In this document: piece after piece, positions 10,068 to 18,659 of the stretch | Numbering within the stretch: the first letter of the stretch is position 1 | Layout of the letters: each line of letters opens with the position of its first letter | Assembly (NCBI GenBank): GCA_038231135.1 | Contig: JBBRLX010000008.1 | Span: forward strand, 64,001 to 128,000 | Direction: 5' to 3' | Origin: Candidatus Eiseniibacteriota bacterium | GTDB taxonomy: Bacteria; Eisenbacteria; RBG-16-71-46 | DNA length: 64,000 nt | Program-made: the position numbers and the translations under genes | Notes under the pieces: model-generated | The model's database searches: none | The model's input: only the letters and a program-made list of their open reading frames with translations | Told to the model about the DNA's origin: nothing

Positions 10068-11072
10068 CTACCGGTAACGATACTTGATCGTTCCCCAGCT
10101 GGACGTCTTGGCGGCAGTCGCCGCGTTACGGGCGAATTTCTGAATTCGGTGATTATTCAGGTCCGCGACAAAGATGTCGCCGGCGGCATCCACCGCGACC
10201 CCCGCGACAAAATCGAACTGGCCATCGCCGGTTCCATGGCTCCCGAACTCGTAGAGCGGGGTGCCGGCGCTCGAGAACACGTGGACCTTGTCGGTGGCGT
10301 CACCGGCAATGTAGACGTTGCCACCGGCATCCTTCGCCATCGAACCGGGATTTGAGCAACTCCATTGAGTCACCAGATCTCCGGTTGTCGTATATTCCCT
10401 TACGGCGTTGGTGTCGTAGTCTCCCACCAACAAATTCCCCGAATCGGTCATCAACAGCCCGCCCACCCTGATGTTGGGGCCGGTCCACTCTTCGCCCGGG
10501 TCGCATGTCGTCGACCAAGATCCCCACTTTGTGATGAACAGGCCGCTATCAGTGAACTTTTCGACGCGGCCGCCGTTGTTTGTGTTGTCTCCCACGTACG
10601 CGTTGCCCGAATTGTCCAAAGCAATCGCTGTCGGCGACATGAACTGACCATCGCAGGCTCCCCACGAGCCCCATAGTTGAATTAAGGATCCGCTCGGGGT
10701 GAATTTTCGAACCCGCTGATCCGTGAGGACGTAGATCGTTCCATCGCCGGCGATGGTCAATCCGAAAGGATGGGCTAAGGGGGTGTCCCCATAGACGCTC
10801 CACTCACCGAGGTACTTGCCGTCCGTGGTGAATTTTTGGACGCGGTTGTTGCCATGGTCGACCACGAGGAGATGGCCATCAGAATCGATCGCCATTTGCG
10901 CGGGCCAGTGGAATTGGCCGGGACCGGAGCCCAGGCTTCCCCATTGCGCGGCCAGGGCAACCGGCTCCACGGCGCTCGCCCGCTGCGGCGTTGACATGAC
11001 GACCCACACAGCCAGGAGAAGCCAGGACGTGCTTCGAACGCTCTTCACCACGGACACGGACAACCTCCTCAT
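10068..11072 (-). CDS. Secreted NHL-repeat beta-propeller protein ending in a SWGxIKxRYR motif
   Basis: Signal peptide; repeats GQFHWP..VVDHGNNRVQKF and GQFDFV..VADLNNHRIQKF; visibly more A/T at codon third positions than its neighbours. Confidence 0.85.
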   Translation of the reverse strand: MRRLSVSVVKSVRSTSWLLLAVWVVMSTPQRASAVEPVALAAQWGSLGSGPGQFHWPAQMAIDSDGHLLVVDHGNNRVQKFTTDGKYLGEWSVYGDTPLAHPFGLTIAGDGTIYVLTDQRVRKFTPSGSLIQLWGSWGACDGQFMSPTAIALDNSGNAYVGDNTNNGGRVEKFTDSGLFITKWGSWSTTCDPGEEWTGPNIRVGGLLMTDSGNLLVGDYDTNAVREYTTTGDLVTQWSCSNPGSMAKDAGGNVYIAGDATDKVHVFSSAGTPLYEFGSHGTGDGQFDFVAGVAVDAAGDIFVADLNNHRIQKFARNAATAAKTSSWGTIKYRYR

Positions 11073-11195
11073 GAGGGAATAAGTTGGCGGGTTGTTCTGA
11101 TTCTACCACTCTTGAAGCCGTCAACGATACCCCCCCCCGCATAACCTATTGTGCTGCATAGCACTATGCCGCCGCAAATCAGCTGGCTGGGTGAA

Positions 11196-11486
11196 TCATG
11201 AATGGCCTTTGAGTTTCGCGGCGAGTCGGTCCACAGACCCCTTGAGCGAGACCACTCCGGCATCGATCTCGGCTTTGATCTTCTCCGCCGTGGGTCCGAC
11301 CGCAGCCTGTAGCTCCTTTTGTTTTGCCTCGAGCTGCTGCTTGGTCGCCCTGAGCGTCTTGATCGCTTCGATCTCCGCCTCTGCGCTCTTCTCCCTGGCC
11401 CGCGCCTCAAATAACTCGAGCTGAGCCTTCACCTGCTGCAAATGCGAGTCGATCGCTTCGTGGTACCGCTTCAGATCCGCATCCAT
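11196..11486 (-). CDS. Small (96 aa) coiled-coil hypothetical protein, possibly stress-response type
   Basis: SD AGGAGGG before ATG 11486; amphipathic helical sequence MDADLKRYHEAIDSHLQQVKAQLELFEAR. Confidence 0.7.
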   Translation of the reverse strand: MDADLKRYHEAIDSHLQQVKAQLELFEARAREKSAEAEIEAIKTLRATKQQLEAKQKELQAAVGPTAEKIKAEIDAGVVSLKGSVDRLAAKLKGHS

Positions 11487-11521
11487 GATGTTGCCCTCCT
11501 GGATTGTGAGGCGTTCAAGTG

Positions 11522-12292
11522 TCAGTGACTCTTCCGCGCCGCCCGCTGCGGGAACACCAGCAGGCATGCCGCGACGAACACGAGCAACGCAGCCGACCCC
11601 CAGTAGCGGCTCAGTGCCAATCCTCCATGTGCGATGGGCTTGTCGATAAAGTCTCCCAGTACGGCGCCGAGTGGCCGGGTCAGAATGAACGCGGCCCAGA
11701 ACAGCGCGGTGCGGGAGATCTTCGTCCACAAGTACGCGGCGAGGATCAGGGCCAGCAGCCCGCCGAAGATGACCGCGGCGCCGGTGTAGCCCATCCCCAT
11801 GCTGTCGGCGGTCCAGTCACCCAGCGCCGTGCCCAGGGTCTGGGAGAACATGATCGTGACCCAATAGAACATCTCGGCCTTGGGCGAGCTCACGGTGTCC
11901 ACCGATACCGTGCCCATCGTTCGATACCAGATGAACAGGGACGACAGCAGCAGGGCGAGCAGGATCGAAGAGCCGCCGGCGTACCCGATGCCGAGCGAGC
12001 GGTCGGCGAAGTCGGCGAGCGTGGTGCCGACGGTGGTCGTGGCGATGATGGTCGTCCAGTACAGGAACGGATGGAAACGCTTGAATGTGATCTGTGCGCC
12101 GACAGCGGCCAGGAACACGACAGCGAAGATCGCCGTGGCGACGAGATAGCCCAGGTTCATCGACATCGAAACGGCGTCCCCGCCAATTTCGCCCAGCGTG
12201 GTGGCCGCGATCTTGAGGACCCAGAACAGCAGCGTCACCTCGGGCACCTTGCTCACTGCGTGCCGTGCCTGGCTGGCCAGATCGTTTTGCAA
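11522..12292 (-). CDS. COG4705 / DUF347 membrane protein
   Basis: SKVPEVTLLFWVLKIAATTLGE, FSQTLGTALGD, FWAAFILTRPLGA. Confidence 0.88.
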   Translation of the reverse strand: MQNDLASQARHAVSKVPEVTLLFWVLKIAATTLGEIGGDAVSMSMNLGYLVATAIFAVVFLAAVGAQITFKRFHPFLYWTTIIATTTVGTTLADFADRSLGIGYAGGSSILLALLLSSLFIWYRTMGTVSVDTVSSPKAEMFYWVTIMFSQTLGTALGDWTADSMGMGYTGAAVIFGGLLALILAAYLWTKISRTALFWAAFILTRPLGAVLGDFIDKPIAHGGLALSRYWGSAALLVFVAACLLVFPQRAARKSH

Positions 12293-12345
12293 TTCCGGAC
12301 CGATGCTCTCGGCCTGATGCAGTTTGGTATTCAGAACGCACCCCG

Positions 12346-15300
12346 CTATTTCAAGATGAGGACCGCGGGCACTCTCCGCACCGTCACCGCCCCCTGCGAC
12401 CCGACCGGAACGGTCACCACGCCGAGTACCGCCCGGCGGAACGCCTTTGCCGACGGGGCTTTCACAACGATCCCACCGCGCGGCACCCGCACTCCCTTAC
12501 CGATCCTCACCACCACGGAATCTCCCGATGCGTGCATCGAGTAGCTCAGGAGCCCGTGCGGCGTTGGCAAGTCTCGTACCGTGACGCCGGGTGATGTGTT
12601 CACCCACTCCAGCGGCACACCGGCGCCGATCACGAGCGCACTGTCCGCCTCGCGTTCGTAGGCGAACATGGTGAGCACCGAGCGCACGAAGTCCGAGCCC
12701 ACCCAGGTGTGTGGCATGTCGCCGATAAAGCGCGGGTGACGCGGATCGTGATCGACCACCTCGGCCCACTGGGCCCATCCCGCGGGGCGGCGGTACTTCA
12801 TGAACCAGTCGAGCGCCGCGTTCGCGCGATCGCGCCAGCCCAGCTCGACAAACGCGCCGATCGTCCTGACTTCATAGGGCGTGAAGGCGTCCCACGTGTC
12901 GGTCTTGCGGCGCGTTTCGAAAAACTCCCAGTACTTCTCGAACGTGCGTTGCAACGCTCCCGGGGGCAGCGCGGCCGCGGCGTCAACGGGGTCGAGCGCG
13001 ATCGTCGTCGACGTGGCGTCGAAGTCCCCGAGATCGGCGCAACCGGGGATGTAGTCGATGTGATGCTTCGCCATCGCGGCGCCGATCGACGCGCGCAGGT
13101 CACGCTGGAACTCGTCGCGGACGTTGCTCCAGCGCCTGCGCTCCGGCTCGCGGCCGGTGTACTGCGCGAGCCATGCGGCGTCCTTGAAGCCACGCAGCGC
13201 AAACAGGTCGTCCCAGTAGGAATGCATGGGCTTCGCCGAATAGCCCTCGTGGCTGATCGAGGGCGGCAGCAGGCCATGGAACTCGCGGTTCGCCGGAGTG
13301 CTCCATTCCCGCGTGAGGCGCTCGTGACGGAGAGAATCGAGGTACGTTGCCGCCCGCGCGACGACCGGCCACATCTTCACGGCGAATGCCCGGTCGCCGG
13401 TGTAGCGCACGTAGTCCGCGATCGCGAAGATCAGCTCGCCGCTGCTGTCGTGCTCGGGCACGGGATCGGCGCCGCGCGCGTCGACACAGCATGGCACCTT
13501 GCCGTTCGGGTACTGGTGCGCCGCGAACCACTCGACAAACTCGCGCACGGTCTTGGGGTCGCCGGTGCGCAGCAGCGCCGAGGACGTGAGTGCCCCGTCG
13601 CGAATCCACGACCGCTCGTAGGACCGCGAGCCGGGCTGGATCGCGGGGCCGTCGCGATTGACCTGAATCCAACCGATCTGGGCGTTCAGCGTACGCAGGA
13701 CTTCGGCGCCCGCCGGCGGCAACTCGATGTGCGGCAGGTGCAGTGCGGTATGCCAGTAGCTGGCGTCACCCAGCACGGGCTCCACCGACCGCAGGGACGA
13801 ATCCCGTGTCGCGCGGCTCCCGCCCATAGGTCTGATCGCCGCGATTCTCAGGAGGATCGTGCGGTCACCGTGCGCGGGCAACTCGAGGTCGTACGCCAGC
13901 GCACCCGACGCGTGGCCGAACGGATCGTCCACGCGCTGACTCTTCGGCAGCCTGTTTTCGCGCATGAACTCCACGATGTCGCCCTGATCGAACGTGGCCG
14001 CGCCGAATGCCGTGGGCGGCGTCAGGCTCGTGAGCACGCGATTGCCGTTCACGCGCACCATGCTGCCATTGCGCTCGAGGCTCATGATCGTCGCGACGCC
14101 GCCCGGGGTGTTGAGGAACTGGGTCGGCGGATTCACCTGGAACGGCCGCATCGCCAGATTCAGGGTCGCGCGTACGGGAACGTCGCTCAGGTTCCGCACG
14201 CGATAGCTCAGCGCGAACGCGGCTTCACCGTCGATGTGCGAACCCTCATTCAGACCGAAGGCGGTGGTCTCGAGCTCGAGACTGTCGACACGCCACGTCA
14301 CGATCGGAATCGGCAGGTCGCCATCCTCCAGCGACTGCCGCGACGTTACGTCCGCCCACGTCCTCAGCCTGCCGCCGACGCGCAGGAACGGCTCGATCGA
14401 GAACTGCGCCTTGCCCGTCTCGAACGCGCCGTCCTCGCCGAGCAGACCCTCGTCGCGATCGCCCATGAGCCCGACCACGGCCCAGTAGGATTGCTCGCCG
14501 CTCAGGCCGCGGGGGTAGCTGCCGCGCGGGGCATGCTTCGCGATCGCGGCGTAGAAGTTCTCGAGCGTCGCGCCGAACTCGAGCGGCTGGAGCGCCAACT
14601 CGGCGATACCGATGCCGCGGGCGGCCGGCGCCTCCAGGGTCCTCACGCTCAGGAAGCGGGCTTCGGACTCAGGCAGCCACAGCCAGTCGCGGCCGCCGTT
14701 GCCGTTCCTCACCGTGCGCAACTCCGTCCAGCGCCGGGCATCGGTCGAGCCCTCGACCCCGTAGTTCGAGGCCGAGAGATTCGGCCCCCAATCGATCACG
14801 AGGCCGCCGAACTCACGCCCCTCCCCCAGATCGAGCGTGAGCGCAGGCCGTGGATCGCCTGGGGCACTCCGCCACCACGTGGCGACCGCGCCGTCGGCAG
14901 CGAGCGCCGGTCTATGCGCGGGGGCGGACGACGACGCGCTGGCCCGCGGCTCGGGTGGCGTGCCACCGGCAGGGCGCAGCGTTTCGATCGACAGGTCGTC
15001 GAGCCACACGGTGCCCTTGCCGCCGGTGCCGGCGGTGACCGCGAATTCGATCGCCGCGACATGTCGCAGCTCGCCCGGGTTCGGGCCCCACGCGAACGAG
15101 ATCTGACGCTGCTTCGTGGCCAGCGTGTCCCAGTGGGCGGGGAACGCGAGCCGGCGGCGGTTGTACCACCACACGTCGTCGCCGCTCGCGTCGATCAGCT
15201 TGAATTCCAGATCGTTCGGCGTGCACGTGCCCTTCACCGTGAACCGGAACTTGTAGTTCTGGGGCACGTCGAATGACACCGCGCGATGCGCAACGGCGTA

Positions 15301-15573
15301 ACCACCGCCCCCGCCGAAGTCGAAGTCAAGCCGCAGCGCCTTGCCGTGTGCGCCGGCGTCGCTGCTCAACTTCAGCTTTACGCCATCCGCGGGGTGCGCG
15401 GACCAGGCGGAGATGTCTTCGAAGTCGTCGATCGTGGTGCGCGAGCCGATGGCCGTCGCGACGGGCGTGGTGACGGCGAAGGCGGGCGCGGCAGCGGCAC
15501 TCGCGGCGGCGGCGCTGGCGGCGGCGCACATCACCAGCGTCACGACAACTCCGCCGGTCACCGACAGCCTCAT
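12346..15573 (-). CDS. Secreted multidomain putative glycoside hydrolase: CBM11/CIA30-like + F5/8 type C (discoidin) + (alpha/alpha)6 catalytic domain
   Basis: Signal peptide from ATG 15573 (ATGA overlap with the permease); ASASS..ALAADG..TWWRS..LTLDLG discoidin pattern; QPGSRSYERSWIRDG, EHDSSGE, SISHEGY..HSYWDD, WAEVV..FIGDMPH. Confidence 0.8.
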   Translation of the reverse strand: MRLSVTGGVVVTLVMCAAASAAAASAAAAPAFAVTTPVATAIGSRTTIDDFEDISAWSAHPADGVKLKLSSDAGAHGKALRLDFDFGGGGGYAVAHRAVSFDVPQNYKFRFTVKGTCTPNDLEFKLIDASGDDVWWYNRRRLAFPAHWDTLATKQRQISFAWGPNPGELRHVAAIEFAVTAGTGGKGTVWLDDLSIETLRPAGGTPPEPRASASSSAPAHRPALAADGAVATWWRSAPGDPRPALTLDLGEGREFGGLVIDWGPNLSASNYGVEGSTDARRWTELRTVRNGNGGRDWLWLPESEARFLSVRTLEAPAARGIGIAELALQPLEFGATLENFYAAIAKHAPRGSYPRGLSGEQSYWAVVGLMGDRDEGLLGEDGAFETGKAQFSIEPFLRVGGRLRTWADVTSRQSLEDGDLPIPIVTWRVDSLELETTAFGLNEGSHIDGEAAFALSYRVRNLSDVPVRATLNLAMRPFQVNPPTQFLNTPGGVATIMSLERNGSMVRVNGNRVLTSLTPPTAFGAATFDQGDIVEFMRENRLPKSQRVDDPFGHASGALAYDLELPAHGDRTILLRIAAIRPMGGSRATRDSSLRSVEPVLGDASYWHTALHLPHIELPPAGAEVLRTLNAQIGWIQVNRDGPAIQPGSRSYERSWIRDGALTSSALLRTGDPKTVREFVEWFAAHQYPNGKVPCCVDARGADPVPEHDSSGELIFAIADYVRYTGDRAFAVKMWPVVARAATYLDSLRHERLTREWSTPANREFHGLLPPSISHEGYSAKPMHSYWDDLFALRGFKDAAWLAQYTGREPERRRWSNVRDEFQRDLRASIGAAMAKHHIDYIPGCADLGDFDATSTTIALDPVDAAAALPPGALQRTFEKYWEFFETRRKTDTWDAFTPYEVRTIGAFVELGWRDRANAALDWFMKYRRPAGWAQWAEVVDHDPRHPRFIGDMPHTWVGSDFVRSVLTMFAYEREADSALVIGAGVPLEWVNTSPGVTVRDLPTPHGLLSYSMHASGDSVVVRIGKGVRVPRGGIVVKAPSAKAFRRAVLGVVTVPVGSQGAVTVRRVPAVLILK

Positions 15574-16391
15574 CCCTTGACGCTCCCCAGCATCACGCCG
15601 CGGATGTACGCGCGCTGCAGCACCAGGAACACTGCCATGACCGGCAGCAGCGTGAGCACGCTGCCCGCCATCATGAGCTCGGTGTCCTGCACGTGCTCGC
15701 CGACGAGGTTGGCGAGCGCGACGGGCAGCGTGTACTTGCGGTCGTCGCTGAGGATGATCAGCGGCCACATGAAGTCGTTCCACATGCTGAGGAAGATGAA
15801 CGTGGCGAGCGTGACGAGGATCGGCTTGAGCAGCGGCATCACGATGGTCCAGAAGATCCGCAGCTCGCCGGCGCCGTCGATGCGCGCGGCGTCGAGCAGG
15901 TCGTCGGGGATCGACAGCGCGTACTGGCGCACCATGAAGATCGCGAAAATCGGCGCCAGCCCGGGGATCATGGCGCCCCACAGCGTGTTCACGAGTCCCA
16001 TTTTCTGCAGCATCAGGAACAGCGGCAGCATGCCGACCTGGCCGGGGATCACGAGCGCCGCGAGCAGCAGCCGGAACGTCGCCTCGCGGCCGGTGAACCG
16101 CAGCTTCGCGAACGCGTAGCCGGCCATGCTGTTCAGCAGCACGGCGATCGCCGTGGTGCCGACCGCGACGATCGTGCTGTTCAGCAAATGCCGCGCGAGG
16201 TCGAGCCGCGTGAACAGCGCAATGTAGTGGGCGAACGTGGCGTGGCTCGGCAGCAGCCGCGGCGGGAACGTGTTCGCCTCGCCCGCGGGCATGAACGACG
16301 CCGACAGCATCCACAGCAGCGGCGCCAGTGTGGCGACCACGCCGAGCGCCAGCAGCACGTGCAGTACGAACGACGGGGCGGCGCGCTTCAT
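15570..16391 (-). CDS. Carbohydrate ABC transporter permease (MalG-like)
   Basis: EAA loop SIPDDLLDAARIDGAG; WNDFMWP. Confidence 0.95.
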   Translation of the reverse strand: MKRAAPSFVLHVLLALGVVATLAPLLWMLSASFMPAGEANTFPPRLLPSHATFAHYIALFTRLDLARHLLNSTIVAVGTTAIAVLLNSMAGYAFAKLRFTGREATFRLLLAALVIPGQVGMLPLFLMLQKMGLVNTLWGAMIPGLAPIFAIFMVRQYALSIPDDLLDAARIDGAGELRIFWTIVMPLLKPILVTLATFIFLSMWNDFMWPLIILSDDRKYTLPVALANLVGEHVQDTELMMAGSVLTLLPVMAVFLVLQRAYIRGVMLGSVKG

Positions 16392-17279
16392 TCAGGCCTC
16401 GCTCCGGCGCTGGATCTGGAGCTGGATCATGGTGCCGATCAGCATGATCACGAACAGCACGAACGCGATCGCGGCGGCGACGCCCATGCGCCACCAGCGG
16501 AACCCCTCCTGGTACATCAGCAGCACGACGGTGGTGGTGCTCTTGAGCGGGCCGCCCTGAGTCATGACGTAGGGCTCGGAGAACAGCTGGAACTGGCCGA
16601 GCATCGTCAGCACGCACACGAACAGCAGCGTGGGTCCCAACCCGGGCAGCGTGATGTGGCGGAATCGCGCCCAGCCGCTGACGCCGTCGAGATCCGCGGC
16701 CTCGTACTGCTCGTCGGGAATGCTCTGCAGGCCGGCGATGAAGATCAGCATGTTGTAGCCGAAGTTCTTCCACACCGCCATCAGGATGATCGCGGGCATA
16801 GCCCAGTGCGGGTTGCCGAGCCAGTCGATCGGCTTGATGCCGAACTGCCCGAGCGCGAAGTCGATCAACCCGTACTGCGGGTGATAGAGGTAGCGCCACA
16901 CGATCGCCACGGCCACCAGCGTGGTGACGACGGGCACGAAGAACACCGAGCGGAAGAACGCCTGAAACCGTGTGAGGCGCGAGCTGACGGCCATGGCGGC
17001 GAGCAGCGACGCCAGCACCGACAGCGGCCCGCCCACCACCACGAAGTAGAACGTGTTGCCGAGCGCCTTCCAGAACTCCGGGTCCGACAGGATGCGCGCG
17101 TAGTTCCCGAGGCCCTGAAACCGCACGTTCGAGAGATCACCGATGGCGTAGAGGTCGAAGTCGGTGAGGCTCAGCACCAGCCCCGCGATCACCGGCAGGA
17201 AGAAGAATACGGTGATCAGGCCCAGCGAGGGCGCGACGAACGCCCAGCCGGCGCGGGTTTCCTGGCGCTCCCCTTTCAC
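16392..17279 (-). CDS. Carbohydrate ABC transporter permease (MalF/UgpA-like)
   Basis: LQSIPDEQYEAADLDG; FRHITLP; MTQGGP. Confidence 0.95.
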   Translation of the reverse strand: MKGERQETRAGWAFVAPSLGLITVFFFLPVIAGLVLSLTDFDLYAIGDLSNVRFQGLGNYARILSDPEFWKALGNTFYFVVVGGPLSVLASLLAAMAVSSRLTRFQAFFRSVFFVPVVTTLVAVAIVWRYLYHPQYGLIDFALGQFGIKPIDWLGNPHWAMPAIILMAVWKNFGYNMLIFIAGLQSIPDEQYEAADLDGVSGWARFRHITLPGLGPTLLFVCVLTMLGQFQLFSEPYVMTQGGPLKSTTTVVLLMYQEGFRWWRMGVAAAIAFVLFVIMLIGTMIQLQIQRRSEA

Positions 17280-18592
17280 GGCTGCCCCGCCGCCGTATGG
17301 CGCGCGCGCTCGAGCATCCAGCGGCGCTTCTCGAGCATCTGGTTCACGTCGCGATCGAGCGCCGCCAGCGCCGAATCGGGCGGCACGTGGCCCAGCACCA
17401 CCGACTCAACGCGGTCCTGCAGCTTCACCGAGATCTGCTCCCACTCGGGCACCTTGGGCGTCGACACGGTTCGGGTGAGCTGCTGCTCGAACGCACGCAG
17501 GTGCGGATCGTTGGTGAGCGCGGTGTCGCGCCACGCCTCGCGCCGCGCGGGCAGGTCGCCAGTGAGGGAACGGAACCGGAGCTGCTGCTCCGGCCGCGAC
17601 AGGAACTCCACCAGCTTCCACGCCTCAGCCTTGTGCTTCGAGGCGCGGAACAGCACGAGGCTCGAGCCGCCGGCCACCGACACGCCGGGGCCGTCGGGCC
17701 CGGGCAGGGCCGCCGTCTCCCACGACGACTGCATCGCGGGCGAGATGCGGTTGCGGAACTCGCCGACCTGCCATGGGCCGCTGATGTACATCGCGAACGT
17801 GCCCCGCTCGAATTCCTGGTAAAGGTTCGCGATCGCGGTACCCGGCACGCGCGGCGCCAGGTCACGCTGGAACAGGTCGATGTAGAACTGCATCGCGCGG
17901 CGGTACGCCGGCCCCTCGAAATCGCCGTGCGTGCCCGTCGAATCGAGCAGTGTCGATCCGGTCTGGAGGCCGAACACGATCCACGGCGTGTATTCATTGG
18001 TCGGCAGGAAGATCGCGTAATGATGCGGCCCACCCTGGCGTTTGATGACCTCCATCGCCTGGCGCCAGTCGGCCCAGTTGGAGGGCATCTCGCGATACCC
18101 GGCGCGGGCGAGCAGGTCCTTGCGATAGAACAGCAGGCGCGTGTCGACGTACCACGGAATGCCGTACGGCACGCCGTCGAGCACGTTGGTGTCCCAGATG
18201 CCGGCGAAATACGCGCTCTCGGGCACGGCGGTGGACGCGCGCAGATAGGCATCGAGCGGCTCGATCGCGTGGAGCGCGCCGAATTCCGCGATCCAGGTGT
18301 TGCCAAGCTGCGAGATGTCGGGCGTGGAGCCGCCGACGTGGGCCGTGAGCAGCTTCTCGTGTGCGGCGCCCCACGGAATCTGCTGGACGAGCACATGGAT
18401 ATTTGGATTCTCGCGCTCGAAGTCGTGCACCAGATCCTGCACCACCTCGCCCTCGCGGCCCATGGCCCAGAACCGCAGCGTGACGGGGCCGGGGCCGGAC
18501 TGCGGGTGGCAGCCGGCGAGCGCGGCGCAGGCGAGCAGCAGCATGATCGCCGCCGCGTGGGCCAGTCGCACGGTCGAATGGGGTCGCATCAT
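17276..18592 (-). CDS. Sugar ABC transporter substrate-binding lipoprotein
   Basis: Lipobox LAGC; FWAMGREG; YGIPWYVDTRLLFYRKD; AGGSSL. Confidence 0.92.
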   Translation of the reverse strand: MMRPHSTVRLAHAAAIMLLLACAALAGCHPQSGPGPVTLRFWAMGREGEVVQDLVHDFERENPNIHVLVQQIPWGAAHEKLLTAHVGGSTPDISQLGNTWIAEFGALHAIEPLDAYLRASTAVPESAYFAGIWDTNVLDGVPYGIPWYVDTRLLFYRKDLLARAGYREMPSNWADWRQAMEVIKRQGGPHHYAIFLPTNEYTPWIVFGLQTGSTLLDSTGTHGDFEGPAYRRAMQFYIDLFQRDLAPRVPGTAIANLYQEFERGTFAMYISGPWQVGEFRNRISPAMQSSWETAALPGPDGPGVSVAGGSSLVLFRASKHKAEAWKLVEFLSRPEQQLRFRSLTGDLPARREAWRDTALTNDPHLRAFEQQLTRTVSTPKVPEWEQISVKLQDRVESVVLGHVPPDSALAALDRDVNQMLEKRRWMLERARHTAAGQP

Positions 18593-18659
18593 GGGACCTG
18601 CACGCAACACCGGAGGGGCCGCATCGCCGGACCTTACCGCAACGCCGTCCGTGCCCGCA

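Noticed and set aside
15574..16899. 1517-aa ORF suggesting a giant fusion upstream of the discoidin enzyme
   Set aside because: The upstream part is an off-frame reading of the two permeases; the signal peptide begins at ATG 15573. The same applies to the over-extended glyS, recO, PorV-like and BCCP ORFs.
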